Assembly (NCBI GenBank): GCA_965213705.1
Contig: OZ243913.1
Span: 4,182,950-4,246,949, forward strand
From: Trueperaceae bacterium
GTDB lineage: Bacteria; Deinococcota; Deinococci; Deinococcales; Trueperaceae
Direction of reading: 5' to 3'
DNA: 64,000 nucleotides
The position numbers and the translations under genes were made by a program. Position 1 is the stretch's first letter; every line of letters begins with the position of its first letter. Below are positions 26,827 through 36,600 of the stretch, one piece after another. The notes beneath the pieces are model-generated. The model saw only the letters and a list, made by a program, of their open reading frames with translations. It was not told where the DNA came from and did no database searches.

Positions 26827-28299
26827 CTACGGCTCGCCTATCCAAAGCTCGAACAGGTCCGACAGCTCGCAAGCGCACACCTCTTCGGCGACGTTTCTCA
26901 AATCGTCCGTCGTCACGAAGTCCCAGGCGTAGCGGGTGTAGTAGGTTTGCAAGACAGCCTCCACGGTTTCCCGGCCCAGACGCGCCTCGAGAGCCTCGTA
27001 GAAAAAGAGGCCACGGCCGTAGACGATGGCGCTGTAGTCGCGGTCGTAAGCCGCGACCGGCAAACCTACCGCCTTGGCGGGGTCGGGGGCGGCGCGCCAC
27101 AAACTGCGCCAGTTTTGCAAGTAGCCGTCCACGAACCGTTCGGTGTCGTATTCGCGGTGGTAGAGCAGCGTGAGGTACTGCGCCAGCGACTCGTCCAGCC
27201 ACGGCTCTTGGATTTGGTCGCTGCCGACTAAGTTGAACGACCACTGGTGCGCGACCTCGTGCGCGACGACCGAATCAAGCGTGCCGCTGCGGTCGTTGTA
27301 GAGGCTGTTCGCTATGTTGACGAGCCCCGGATACTCGATGCCGCCCGCCGTCACCGGCACGGCGACGAGGTCGAGTTCGCGGTAGGGGTAGGGCGTGAAC
27401 TTGGAGAACAGCTCGAGCGCTTGTGCAGCAACTTCCAAGGTTCGCTCGCCGCCGCTCACCAGACCGGCGGGCACGTAAGCGTTTACAACCGTGTCGCCCA
27501 CCACCCGGCTCAGCAGCGTATAGTTTGTCGCGGCGGCTAAGTAAAAGTCTCGAGCCGGACCCGCGGCGAACACGGCTGTTTTTTGGCCGTCCACTACCGT
27601 TTCTTCGGTCAGGCGGCCCGTGGTGACGAGCTGCAGACTTTCCGGCGCGCGCACCCGGACGAGGTAAAACCCCGCTTCGGCGACGAGCGGGTCGCCCGCG
27701 GGGTCGGGCACGCTCGCCTCCCAAGCGCCGTCCCGGAAAACCGACAGGGTCGGGTAGATGTCGGCCAAACTCAGCACGTTTTCGTACTGCGCCAAACGTC
27801 CGTACGCTACCGGTTGCGGGGCGGGGGTAGCGGGTAACCTCACGGCAAAGTCCATGCTCACCACCACGTCTTCGCCCGGCAACAACGACAGCGCTAGGGG
27901 CACGCGCAGCGCGGTGTCCTCAGCCTCGAGCCTCACCGTCACCGCCCGCCCGTCCACCCGCACGCTATCCACCGTCATCGCCGCGCCGAGGGCGTTGGGG
28001 TAAAGCCGAAAGACGAGGTCGTCCAACAGGTCATGGGTGGTGTTGGTAAAGCGAACCTCCATCTTGCCGCTGACGACTTCTTCAGCCGTGCTGCTCGAGC
28101 CTTGCAGGGTCAGCTCGAGGTGATAGACGGGCGCGTCGGCGAGCGCTGACAAGTCGCCCTGCCGAGCGGGCACGAGGTCGTTGGTAAAAATACCGAGGTC
28201 GTCCCAGGGTGTGCCGAACAAGGTGGGGGGCGGGGCGGCCAGGCTGAAGCCGCACAAAACGAGCAGGCCCCAGAGCACAGTGTGTCTAAGGTGTCTCAT
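26827..28299 (-). CDS. Secreted M1 family metallopeptidase
   Basis: Signal peptide; GGIEYP, HEVAHQW, WLDESLAQY and VYGRG motifs. Confidence 0.9.
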   Translation of the reverse strand: MRHLRHTVLWGLLVLCGFSLAAPPPTLFGTPWDDLGIFTNDLVPARQGDLSALADAPVYHLELTLQGSSSTAEEVVSGKMEVRFTNTTHDLLDDLVFRLYPNALGAAMTVDSVRVDGRAVTVRLEAEDTALRVPLALSLLPGEDVVVSMDFAVRLPATPAPQPVAYGRLAQYENVLSLADIYPTLSVFRDGAWEASVPDPAGDPLVAEAGFYLVRVRAPESLQLVTTGRLTEETVVDGQKTAVFAAGPARDFYLAAATNYTLLSRVVGDTVVNAYVPAGLVSGGERTLEVAAQALELFSKFTPYPYRELDLVAVPVTAGGIEYPGLVNIANSLYNDRSGTLDSVVAHEVAHQWSFNLVGSDQIQEPWLDESLAQYLTLLYHREYDTERFVDGYLQNWRSLWRAAPDPAKAVGLPVAAYDRDYSAIVYGRGLFFYEALEARLGRETVEAVLQTYYTRYAWDFVTTDDLRNVAEEVCACELSDLFELWIGEP

Positions 28300-28320
28300 G
28301 GGTTCCGAGTATACCGGGGT

Positions 28321-28998
28321 TCAAACCTCGACCTCACTCAACGCACGCAGTTTTTTAATCAGCGGGCGCAGCCGCGCGGCCTTGAGCTTGAGGGCGGCGC
28401 GGTTGACCACGAAACGAGCCGACGAGTGCAAGATAGTCTCGACCTCTTCCAAGTTGTTGGCGCGGAGCGTGCCGCCGGTCTGAACAATGTCCACCACCGC
28501 GTCGGCCAGCCCGGTCAGGCAGGCCAACTCGACGTTGCCCGACAGCTCGACCACTTCGGCGCTGTTGCCTTGCGCGCGTAAATAAGCGAGCGTCAGGCGC
28601 GGGTACTTGCTCGCCACGCGGCGCAGCGGCCCCCGCGCCCCGACCGGCCGGATAAGGGACAGACGACAGGCGCTGAAACCCAAGTCGACGGGTTCGTAAA
28701 TCCGCAAACCCGACTCCAGCAGCACGTCTTTGCCGACCACACCCGCGTCGGCCACACCGAGTTCGACGTAGACGGGCACGTCGGCGTTGCGCATCTCGAT
28801 GAGGGTCGCGTCGCCCGCCGCGTGGCGCAAAGTGCGGTCGCCGCCCAGCTCGAGCCGCAGCCCCGCCCGGCGCAGCACCGCCAAGCTCTCCTCCATTACC
28901 CGGCCTTTGGGCAGGGCCAGGGTGAGGTCGGACGAGCCGAGGCCGTCGTCGGGCGTCGCTTTTTCGGGCAGGGGTTCGGACTCGGTGTCGCTAAGCAC
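28321..28998 (-). CDS. hisG: ATP phosphoribosyltransferase, short form
   Basis: [25 protein letters not shown] and [21 protein letters not shown] motifs. Confidence 0.95.
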   Translation of the reverse strand: MLSDTESEPLPEKATPDDGLGSSDLTLALPKGRVMEESLAVLRRAGLRLELGGDRTLRHAAGDATLIEMRNADVPVYVELGVADAGVVGKDVLLESGLRIYEPVDLGFSACRLSLIRPVGARGPLRRVASKYPRLTLAYLRAQGNSAEVVELSGNVELACLTGLADAVVDIVQTGGTLRANNLEEVETILHSSARFVVNRAALKLKAARLRPLIKKLRALSEVEV

Positions 28999-30151
28999 AG
29001 GTCGCCGCCAACAGGTCGGACAGCTCGGCGTAGCGCGGGCGCTCCGAACCTAAGGGCTCGAGGCCCGCCGCGGTGAGCAGGTAAGGGATGCCGCGCTCGG
29101 CGGCGTAGCGGGCAGCCGCGTCCCGGTCGCCGAACAGCGACCGCTCGACCACCACACCCGCCGCGCGCAAAAGCCGCGCCGGGTGGTCGTCCAAACTCAG
29201 CACCAGCGGGCGGGCCTGGCTCGCGCCGCCGGGCAGCGCCCACAGCAACCGCTCCACCCCGATGGAAAACCCGGCCGCGTAGGGCAGCAGCGCGCCGTCG
29301 TAACGGCCGCCGCCCAACAGCGGCTGCCCGAATTCGAAAGTGTAGGCCTGAAAAGTCACCCCGGTGTAGTAGCTCAGCCGCCGCGCCCGCCCGAAGTCGA
29401 GCAGGAGTTCGTCCACGTCCTCGAACTCGGCTAAAACGGCGTGAAGCGCGTCGAGTTCGCGTTGCGTCTCGGGCCAGGGCGCGAGACGACGCGCCGCTGC
29501 GAGGGCGGACACGTCCCCGTAGAGGTCGGCGACGTCGACGAGGGCGCGGCGCAGGTCCGGGGCGAGCGTGAGGGGTGAGAGCAGCGTTTGGACGCCGCGC
29601 CGGTCTTTGCGGTCGATGGCGTCGGCGACCTCGTCGCGCTGCGCGGCAGGCACCTCGGCTAGATCGAACAGCGCCCGCACGAAACCCGGGCTGCCGACCT
29701 CGACGCGCGGAACCAAGTCCACCGCCCGCACCGACTCGCGCGCTAAGTGGATGAGTTCGGCGTCGGCCCGGGGGTTCGACACCCCGACAAGCTCGAGGCC
29801 GATTTGCGTAAACTCGCGCGTCCGGGCGAAGTCCGGGTGGATTGCCTGCCAGACCGTGCCGCAGTACTGGAAGCGCATGGGTTGGACGGGCTCGGCGTAG
29901 TTGGCGCGGACCAAGTTGGCAATCGCCGGGGTAAAGTCCGCGCGCAGCGCCAGCACGCCCGAGTCGCGGTCGGAGAGTTTGAACGACTGCGCCGCGCGCG
30001 GGTGGCCGGGGCTGTAGTGCTCCAAGGCCGGCGTGTCGACCCGCGCGTAGCCCCAACCGTCATAGAGCCGCTGCAGCGCGCCCACAATGCGCCCGCGCAA
30101 ACCCGCCTCGGCGGGCAGCGCGAAACGGGTGCCGTCCGGCAGCGCGCTCAC
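28991..30151 (-). CDS. hisZ: ATP phosphoribosyltransferase regulatory subunit
   Basis: [24 protein letters not shown] and GGGRYD motifs; adjacent to short hisG. Confidence 0.93.
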   Translation of the reverse strand: MSALPDGTRFALPAEAGLRGRIVGALQRLYDGWGYARVDTPALEHYSPGHPRAAQSFKLSDRDSGVLALRADFTPAIANLVRANYAEPVQPMRFQYCGTVWQAIHPDFARTREFTQIGLELVGVSNPRADAELIHLARESVRAVDLVPRVEVGSPGFVRALFDLAEVPAAQRDEVADAIDRKDRRGVQTLLSPLTLAPDLRRALVDVADLYGDVSALAAARRLAPWPETQRELDALHAVLAEFEDVDELLLDFGRARRLSYYTGVTFQAYTFEFGQPLLGGGRYDGALLPYAAGFSIGVERLLWALPGGASQARPLVLSLDDHPARLLRAAGVVVERSLFGDRDAAARYAAERGIPYLLTAAGLEPLGSERPRYAELSDLLAATCA

Positions 30152-30225
30152 GAGTTGGTCGACAACGGGTTAGTCATTAGTGTGGCGGAAAGAGTCATTG
30201 AGTCGAGCATAGCAAGAGGTGAGGG

Positions 30226-30298
30226 TTGTTCGTTCTTCGTTGTTCGTTGTTCGTTGTGCGTTCCTTGTCCAAGACGAAAAACTAAAAACGAAGAACGA
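30226..30298. repeat. Heptamer repeats (CGTTGTT/CGTTCTT) forming a long imperfect inverted repeat
   Basis: TCGTTCTTCGTTGTTCGTTGTTCG ... CGAAAAACTAAAAACGAAGAACGA. Confidence 0.65.
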
Positions 30299-30302
30299 TT
30301 CT

Positions 30303-30740
30303 CTAACTCCGGTAAGCGTCCAGCGGGCTCGAGTCGGGCTCTACGACCCTTTTGCGCGGCGGCTGCAACCCGGCTAAGAGCAGCGGCACGCCGATGAACA
30401 GTTCTATCGCCAGGGCTAAAAAGTTGAACGGCAACAGCGCCCCGTCGATGACCATGCTCAGCAAGCGGCCCGCCGCGATGCCGAGCCACAAAAAGCCCGC
30501 AAAACGCAAATAAGCCGCGCCGCCCGCGCGCCTCGTCAAGGCCCACAGCAGCACGCCGCCCATCACCAGGAACATCATCCCGTAGGTCGCGCGCATCTCG
30601 CTCAGGCCGCGGCCCTCCAGCAGTTCGAAGCCCAACACGCGCACCATGAACCAGGGGTTGAAAAACGAGGCCAAACCGAATAAGAGGATGACCGCCGTTA
30701 CCAAATAAGCCAGCCGGGTCCGGGTCAGGTAGCCTTTCAC
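30303..30740 (-). CDS. Small membrane protein (DUF4345-like)
   Basis: Four TM helices; SEMRATYG and GRLLSMVIDG motifs. Confidence 0.7.
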   Translation of the reverse strand: MKGYLTRTRLAYLVTAVILLFGLASFFNPWFMVRVLGFELLEGRGLSEMRATYGMMFLVMGGVLLWALTRRAGGAAYLRFAGFLWLGIAAGRLLSMVIDGALLPFNFLALAIELFIGVPLLLAGLQPPRKRVVEPDSSPLDAYRS

Positions 30741-31081
30741 GCTATGTCCCGCGGTGCGCCCTGCCAGCCGCCCAGCACGTGGACGTGGGTGTGAAACACG
30801 ACCTGCCCCGCGCCCGCCCCGACGTTGACGCCCAAGCGGTAGTCTGTAAGGTTGGCGGCCTTGGCGGTTTTGACGGCGGCGGCGAGCAGCCCTCCGAGCG
30901 CGTCCGCGCCCTTGTCTTGAAGCAGCGCGTCCAGGTTGGGGCTGTGCGCTTTGGGAATGACGAGGTAGTGAACGGGCGCTTTGGGCTGGATGTCTTCGAA
31001 CGCCAAGTAGGCGTCGTCTTCGAACACTTTGGTGGCGGGTACGTTTTCAGCCACGATTTCGCAAAAGACACAGTCGTTCAT
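30737..31081 (-). CDS. hinT: Histidine triad (HIT) nucleotide-binding protein
   Basis: MNDCVFCEIV, DIQPKAPVHYLVIPK and GQVVFHTHVHVLGG motifs; AGGAG RBS. Confidence 0.9.
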   Translation of the reverse strand: MNDCVFCEIVAENVPATKVFEDDAYLAFEDIQPKAPVHYLVIPKAHSPNLDALLQDKGADALGGLLAAAVKTAKAANLTDYRLGVNVGAGAGQVVFHTHVHVLGGWQGAPRDIA

Positions 31082-31169
31082 GAGGCTCCTTGAGTGCCAG
31101 TGTAGCGCAAATTCGTTCTCACGGGCGGCGCGCCTCGGGCGCGGCGGACCCGGGCTTCTGGCCGCCCGG

Positions 31170-31700
31170 TCAAGGCGCGCGCCGAGCCAGCGGGTAAACC
31201 GTGTCCGGGCCGAGCCAATCGCGTAAAACCACGCCCTCGGCGGGCAGGGTGGCCTCGAGCCGCACCGTTTTGAGCCGCGCCGCCAACGCCTCGGGGTCGG
31301 CCACGTCGTAAAAGACGGAGATGTGGGGCAACCAGCGACCGCCGGTATAAATATCCGCCGCCGCGTCACCGACGACCGCGGCGGCGCGGACTTGCAGGTC
31401 GAGCAGGTCCGGGGTTTTGCGCAGCCGCAAATAAACGACGCCCTGTTCTGCGAACGCCCCCGCACCGACGACCTCCAGAGAAAACGCTTTTTGGCCGGAC
31501 ACCGCGGCCAACCCCGACCGTACCCTGTCCAACTGCGCGCGGTCGCGTAGTTGCACCAGGGTGACGTGCGGCCAGGGGTAGGGCGCGCGGCCCGCCGCCT
31601 TTTCCAAAACCCGCTCGAGTTCGACCGGCAACTGCAACGGGGCCAGCGCCACCGTCGCCTGCCACGGCCCCCGGTAGTGGCTGGGTAACGGCGAAATCAC
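31170..31700 (-). CDS. 2H phosphoesterase (2'-5' RNA ligase family)
   Basis: PHVTL and PHISV motifs. Confidence 0.75.
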   Translation of the reverse strand: MISPLPSHYRGPWQATVALAPLQLPVELERVLEKAAGRAPYPWPHVTLVQLRDRAQLDRVRSGLAAVSGQKAFSLEVVGAGAFAEQGVVYLRLRKTPDLLDLQVRAAAVVGDAAADIYTGGRWLPHISVFYDVADPEALAARLKTVRLEATLPAEGVVLRDWLGPDTVYPLARRAP

Positions 31701-32794
31701 CCGCGCCGGCTCAGCACGCCCAGGTTGTCGCGGTGAATGACCTCGTCGTAGTCTTTGTAGCCGAGCACGGCGGCGATTTCGCGGGTTTGGCGGCCCATGA
31801 TGCGCTCTACAGCGGCGCTCGAGTAGTTGCTCAGGCCCTGCGCCAGCACGGTGTCTTCAAAAACGACAGCTACCGCGTCGCCGAAGCCGAAGCGGCCCTC
31901 GACTTTTGTAACGCCGCTCGGTAACAAACTGCGCCCGCCTTGCAGCGCCCGCGCCGCGCCCGCGTCCACAAAGATGCGCCCCCGCGTGGGCTGCTGGGCG
32001 AGCCAGGCCTTGCGCGCGGGCGGGTGGGCCTGCGCCAAAAAGCGGGTGCCCCGCACCGTGCCGCGGGCTAGGGCCTCGAGCCCCGCCCCGCCCCCGCCGA
32101 TGATAAGCGTTTCGATGCCCGCCTCGGTGGCGATGCGGGCGGCGCGCAACTTGGTGACCATGCCGCCGGTGCCACGCCCCGAACCCTCGCCGCCCGCCAC
32201 TTTTTCGACAAGGCCGATGTCGCTCACCTCTTTGATCGGCGTGGCGTCCGGGTGCGTGCGCGGGTCGGCCCCGAACAGGCCGTCGACGTCGGTCAAAATA
32301 ACCAGCGCGTCGGCCCCCACGAGGTAGGCCGTCCAGGCCGAAAGCGTGTCGTTGTCACCGAGCTTGATTTCCTGGGTCGCCACCGAATCGTTTTCGTTGA
32401 CGACCGGCACCGCGCCGAGTTTCAAACTCGCAGAGAGCGCGTTTTTGGCGTTGACGTAGCGCTCGCGGTCTTGCACGTCGGCGGCGCTGAGGAGAACCTG
32501 CGCCACCGGCAACGGGGCCAGCGCCCGCGCCCAGTCCAGCATGAGAAGCGCCTGCCCGACCGCCGCCGCCGCTTGTTTTTCTGGTAGGGTCAGAGGCAGC
32601 GTAAGGCCCAGCCGCTCGCGCCCCGCCGCGCCCGCGCCCGACGAGACGATGACGACCTGGCAGGACAGCGCCTCTTGCAACACCTGCGCGCCCCGCGCGA
32701 CGGCCCACATCGCCGGCGGAAAAATGCGCCCCGAAGCGTCGGTTAAGCTGCTCGTACCGACCTTGACGACGACGCGCCGCCAGGGTTTGCCCAT
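31697..32794 (-). CDS. proB: Glutamate 5-kinase
   Basis: VVVKVGTSSL, VSSGA, NENDSV, GDNDTL and GTGGMVTKL motifs; C-terminal PUA domain ending VIHRDN. Confidence 0.95.
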   Translation of the reverse strand: MGKPWRRVVVKVGTSSLTDASGRIFPPAMWAVARGAQVLQEALSCQVVIVSSGAGAAGRERLGLTLPLTLPEKQAAAAVGQALLMLDWARALAPLPVAQVLLSAADVQDRERYVNAKNALSASLKLGAVPVVNENDSVATQEIKLGDNDTLSAWTAYLVGADALVILTDVDGLFGADPRTHPDATPIKEVSDIGLVEKVAGGEGSGRGTGGMVTKLRAARIATEAGIETLIIGGGGAGLEALARGTVRGTRFLAQAHPPARKAWLAQQPTRGRIFVDAGAARALQGGRSLLPSGVTKVEGRFGFGDAVAVVFEDTVLAQGLSNYSSAAVERIMGRQTREIAAVLGYKDYDEVIHRDNLGVLSRRG

Positions 32795-33060
32795 TTTGTC
32801 TTGGTTCGCCTGCAAAGTAAGCCTCTTCGTCGAAACGGGTAAACGGGAGTAGTTTCCGGTTGGGGAGCTGTACAAAAACAGCTGTACAAATACAGTCACC
32901 CGAAAAGGAAAGCTATCAAAAGAAGCCCAGTGTAACAAGAACGGGCTTCCCTTGGAACGGGCCGAGCGAGGGAACGGGGGTCCGAGCAACTCGTGCCGGA
33001 ACAGCCTGCAGACTCGACAAGCTGCTTGAAGGAAACTTCGGCAGTTGAACGGGTGGTAGC

Positions 33061-33116
33061 GTTCAGCACGAACAGCTCAGCACAAGCAGCTCAGCACAAG
33101 CAGTTCACCGACAGCA
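33061..33116. repeat. 14-bp tandem repeat x4 spanning the stop of the 33105 gene
   Basis: GTTCAGCACGAACA GCTCAGCACAAGCA GCTCAGCACAAGCA GTTCACCGACAGCA. Confidence 0.75.
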
Positions 33117-33692
33117 CCGTGCCACCCGCGCGTAAGCCGTCGCCACCGCCCGCGCCAACACCTCCGGCGACCCCGGCGCGGCCAACAAAGTGTCGAGTTG
33201 TGCGTCGCTCAGCCCGGCCAGGGGTTGCGCCTGCGGACGTTCGCCCGCGAAGTGCAGGGCGGTTCCTTCGGCCCGCCAGCGCGGCCAGTCGGCGGGTTGG
33301 GCAAGGTGAAAAAGTTCGTGGCGCAAGGTTTTTTCAAGGCTGCGGCGCTCGAGCAGCACCCTCAGCCGCTGGGTGTGCAGCGCCCCGGTGCGGCGGTCGG
33401 CCACGGCGGCGACGTACCAGGGCGCGCCGGTTTCACCCGTAAAACTCTCAAGCGTCGGGTGAACGCGCACGGTGACCGAGTCGGGGAGAAGCAAGCCCAA
33501 CTCTTCAAGGTCGTGGGCGGCTTGCTCGAGAAGGGTAAAAACTTGCTCGAGCTTTTCAGCGTCCGCGGGCGAAGCGGTTTCGACCCTGAAGAAACCGTCA
33601 CCGGCCTCCTGCCAGGTCTGGGCGCAGCTGAAACCGAGCAAGCTCAGCAAAACCGTCAAGCAGACTTGTTGGAAACAGGGGCGCGGCCTCAC
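33105..33692 (-). CDS. Exported protein with a zincin-like HExxH motif (resembles the C-terminal part of YfaQ-type proteins)
   Basis: Signal-like N-terminus; TLRHELFHLA...WRAEG; directly after the macroglobulin gene; start inferred. Confidence 0.6.
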   Translation of the reverse strand: MRPRPCFQQVCLTVLLSLLGFSCAQTWQEAGDGFFRVETASPADAEKLEQVFTLLEQAAHDLEELGLLLPDSVTVRVHPTLESFTGETGAPWYVAAVADRRTGALHTQRLRVLLERRSLEKTLRHELFHLAQPADWPRWRAEGTALHFAGERPQAQPLAGLSDAQLDTLLAAPGSPEVLARAVATAYARVARCCR

Positions 33693-33697
33693 CCCTG

Positions 33698-36600
33698 TCA
33701 GCGCCCCTCTCCGACTTGCAAGGTCGCGTCCGGCCCCGTGCCGCGCACCTCGGGCTCGTACATCAGCCAGGCCTGGGTGGGCAGCGCCGCGAACACCCCC
33801 GGCGTTTCCGCACGCAGGACGTAGGTGAACGTCACCGGCTCGCCCAGGAAAGTGAAGTAGTAGTCGACCCGTTCGTCGTAGACCTCGCGCCCGTCGTACC
33901 AGTAGTTCCAACCGTAGTAATCGTAGCCGTAACGGGGCTCTACGCCCGCCACGCGGAACGCCCCGTCGTCTTCGATGACCCGGTACCCGGCGGGCAGGGG
34001 TTCGTTGACGAGCACGTAGCGGTAAGCGTCTTTGGGGTCAATCGTCACGGTGACGAGGACGTAATCGCCGACTTCCGCGGGGCCGCTCAGGGTTTTTCGG
34101 TCGTAAGTGTAGGCTTGTTCTTTTGCGTCGTAGACGGGTGTGAGGCGTTCGTAGCGGCGCTGGACCTTGAAGTTGTCCGTTTGCGGTGTAAACCTCTCTT
34201 GCTCGCTGAAGTATGCGACCGCGGCGCTCGAGTACAGCGTGCCGTCACCTGAAACGTTCACCTCGAGCACGTTCCGGCCGGAGTTAAAGCCGTCCAACGG
34301 TACCTCGACGCCTGTGTCGGTTTGGTTGAGGCCGGTGCTGACGAGGTCTGCCCCGTTGAGGCGAGCACTTACCTGAACATCGCTCGTACTTTCGTCGGTC
34401 GCGTCGGCGAGGACGAGGGCGGCCCGCACCACGGCGGCGGTGTCTTTGGTCGAGACCCAGCGGGCACCGTTGCGCTCGAGCAGCAGCCAGTTCACCACTT
34501 TGGGCAACAGGGCCGCGTTCGGGCGCAGTTCGGCTAAGGCTTGCAGCGCGTAGGCCGTCGCCTCCACCCGGTCGTCGTTCCAGTAGTAGCGCGGCGCACC
34601 CGTCTCCCAGTAAGCGACGCGGTCGCGTTCGGTAACGCGGGATAAAAGTTCGTCTAAGTAGAGGTTCGCCTCCACATCCCGCCCCACCTCGTGAAACGCC
34701 AGCACGCTGAGCGCGAGGCCGTAGGGCGACATGTCGGCGCGGCCCACCACGCGGCCCAACCCGTCGATGGGCCGTCCGGCCTGCGCCAGCGCGAGAAACG
34801 CGTACGCCTTGGCGTCGGCGTCTACCAAACGCCCGCCGTCCGTCGTGGTCTCGGGGGCGGCTTGAACAACGGCTTCTAAGTAGTCGAGAGCCCTGCTGAG
34901 AAATTCGTCTTTTACCCTGTAACCTGCTTCTTGAGCTTCCAGCAAACCAGTGACGACGTAGGCGCTGATGAAGGGGCTCGAGCCGTCGAACTGCCAGAAA
35001 CCCCAGCCGCCGTCGTCGTGCTGAAAAGTGTAGAGGCGTTCCAAGCCCTTGGCGACGATGTCGCCCAAGTTGGCAGCGACCTCTTCAGGCAGCTGAGCGA
35101 GGTCACCGGCTCGCGCCGCCAGCACGCTCGGGTAAAAGCGGCTCATGGTCTGCTCGGTGCAGCCGTAGGGATAGCCCGCCAAGTACGAGAGCGCCGGACT
35201 GACCGCCGCCGCCAGCGAGGGCGTGAGGTAAAGCGTGCCCGCGGCGGTGCCGAGGTCGGTGTTCGCAGGCAAGTCGAACGTCCAGGTGCCGCTGCCCGCG
35301 TCCGCCCAGCCGAGTTCGCTGCGCAAGCCATGGGGCAGCACCGGGACGGGCACTTTCACGGCGTCGCTCGCCGCCGGGGTGAGGGCGGTCGCGGTCACGC
35401 TGGCAGTACCTGTTTTGTCGGCACTCACCCTAAAGTCGGCGCTGCTGCGCCCCCCCGCCGGGAGAGTGGTGGCTTGGGGGTCGGGCTCGAGCACACTGAG
35501 GCCGTCGGCGGACAGCTCGAGCCGCCCTTCTTGGTCCGTGTCTAGGTTGCTCTGCCCCACAACGCGCAAGCTCGCCTCGTCGCCCGTGACGAAAAAACGC
35601 GGCGCGGCCAAGCGGGCGATGACCGGCAGCGACGTCTTGACGCTGTAGGTCTTTTGGCCCACCTCGTCGCCCAGGGTAAGGGCTCGAGCGGTGAGCCGCC
35701 ACTCGGTGAGGTTGTCGGGAAAGGTGACGGTTGTCGACGCCAGACCGTCGGCGTTCGTCTGCAGCGCGGGCAGCCACAAAATCGTGTCGCGGAAGTCCTC
35801 GCGCAAGTCCGCCGCGGCAAAGTCGGCCTTGCCCTGCGCGAACACGGCCTCGTCCAGCGCGGCCCGCGCCGACGGCGCAGCCGCGCCGTCTGCAAAGGCC
35901 TGGCTGCTGCCGAAGTAGTACCAGTCGCTGAGTTGGGTGCCCACCAGGTTGTCTTTGAGCGCGTAAAAAAAGCCGCGGATGTCCGGCGTTCCGTCGGGCC
36001 GAACGAGGAAGATGCCCTCGTCGACCAGGGCGAGCGCCACTTGCGCCCGCACTCCGCGCCCGGACGCGTCCGAGACGCGCACAGCGAAGCGGCCCGTCGC
36101 GCCGGGCTCGTAGGTATCGGCGTCGGAGGTGAGTTCGACGTTCAGAAACTTGTCCGTCGGCGGTACCCGGTACCCGGCCGTGTCGGTGTAGGTCACGCCG
36201 TCGCCGACGATTGTCACCGACAAGTAGCCGTTGGGCGTCATGGCGGCGGTGACGGGCAGTTCATAGGTCAGGACCGACCCGTCGAGTTTGACCATGTCGT
36301 ACGAGGCGAGTTCGTCTCCCTCCACGGTCACCAGCGCATAGCCGTCGGCAACAGGCGACTGCACGACGAAACGCGCGGTGTCGCCGACCTCGTATTCGTC
36401 TTTGTCGGTGGTGACGGTGAGCCCGTCGTAAGCCCAGTACCAGCGCTCGTCGCCGGACACCCAGGCGTAGTCGGCGGCCTCGGTCCGCCGCCCCGCGGCG
36501 TCTTGCGCCGTGGCTATCAAGTTATAGGAACCTTGCTCGGCGAACTCGTAGGGCACGCTCGCCACCCCGTCCGCGTCCGTTTGCCCCCGGTACGTCTGCC

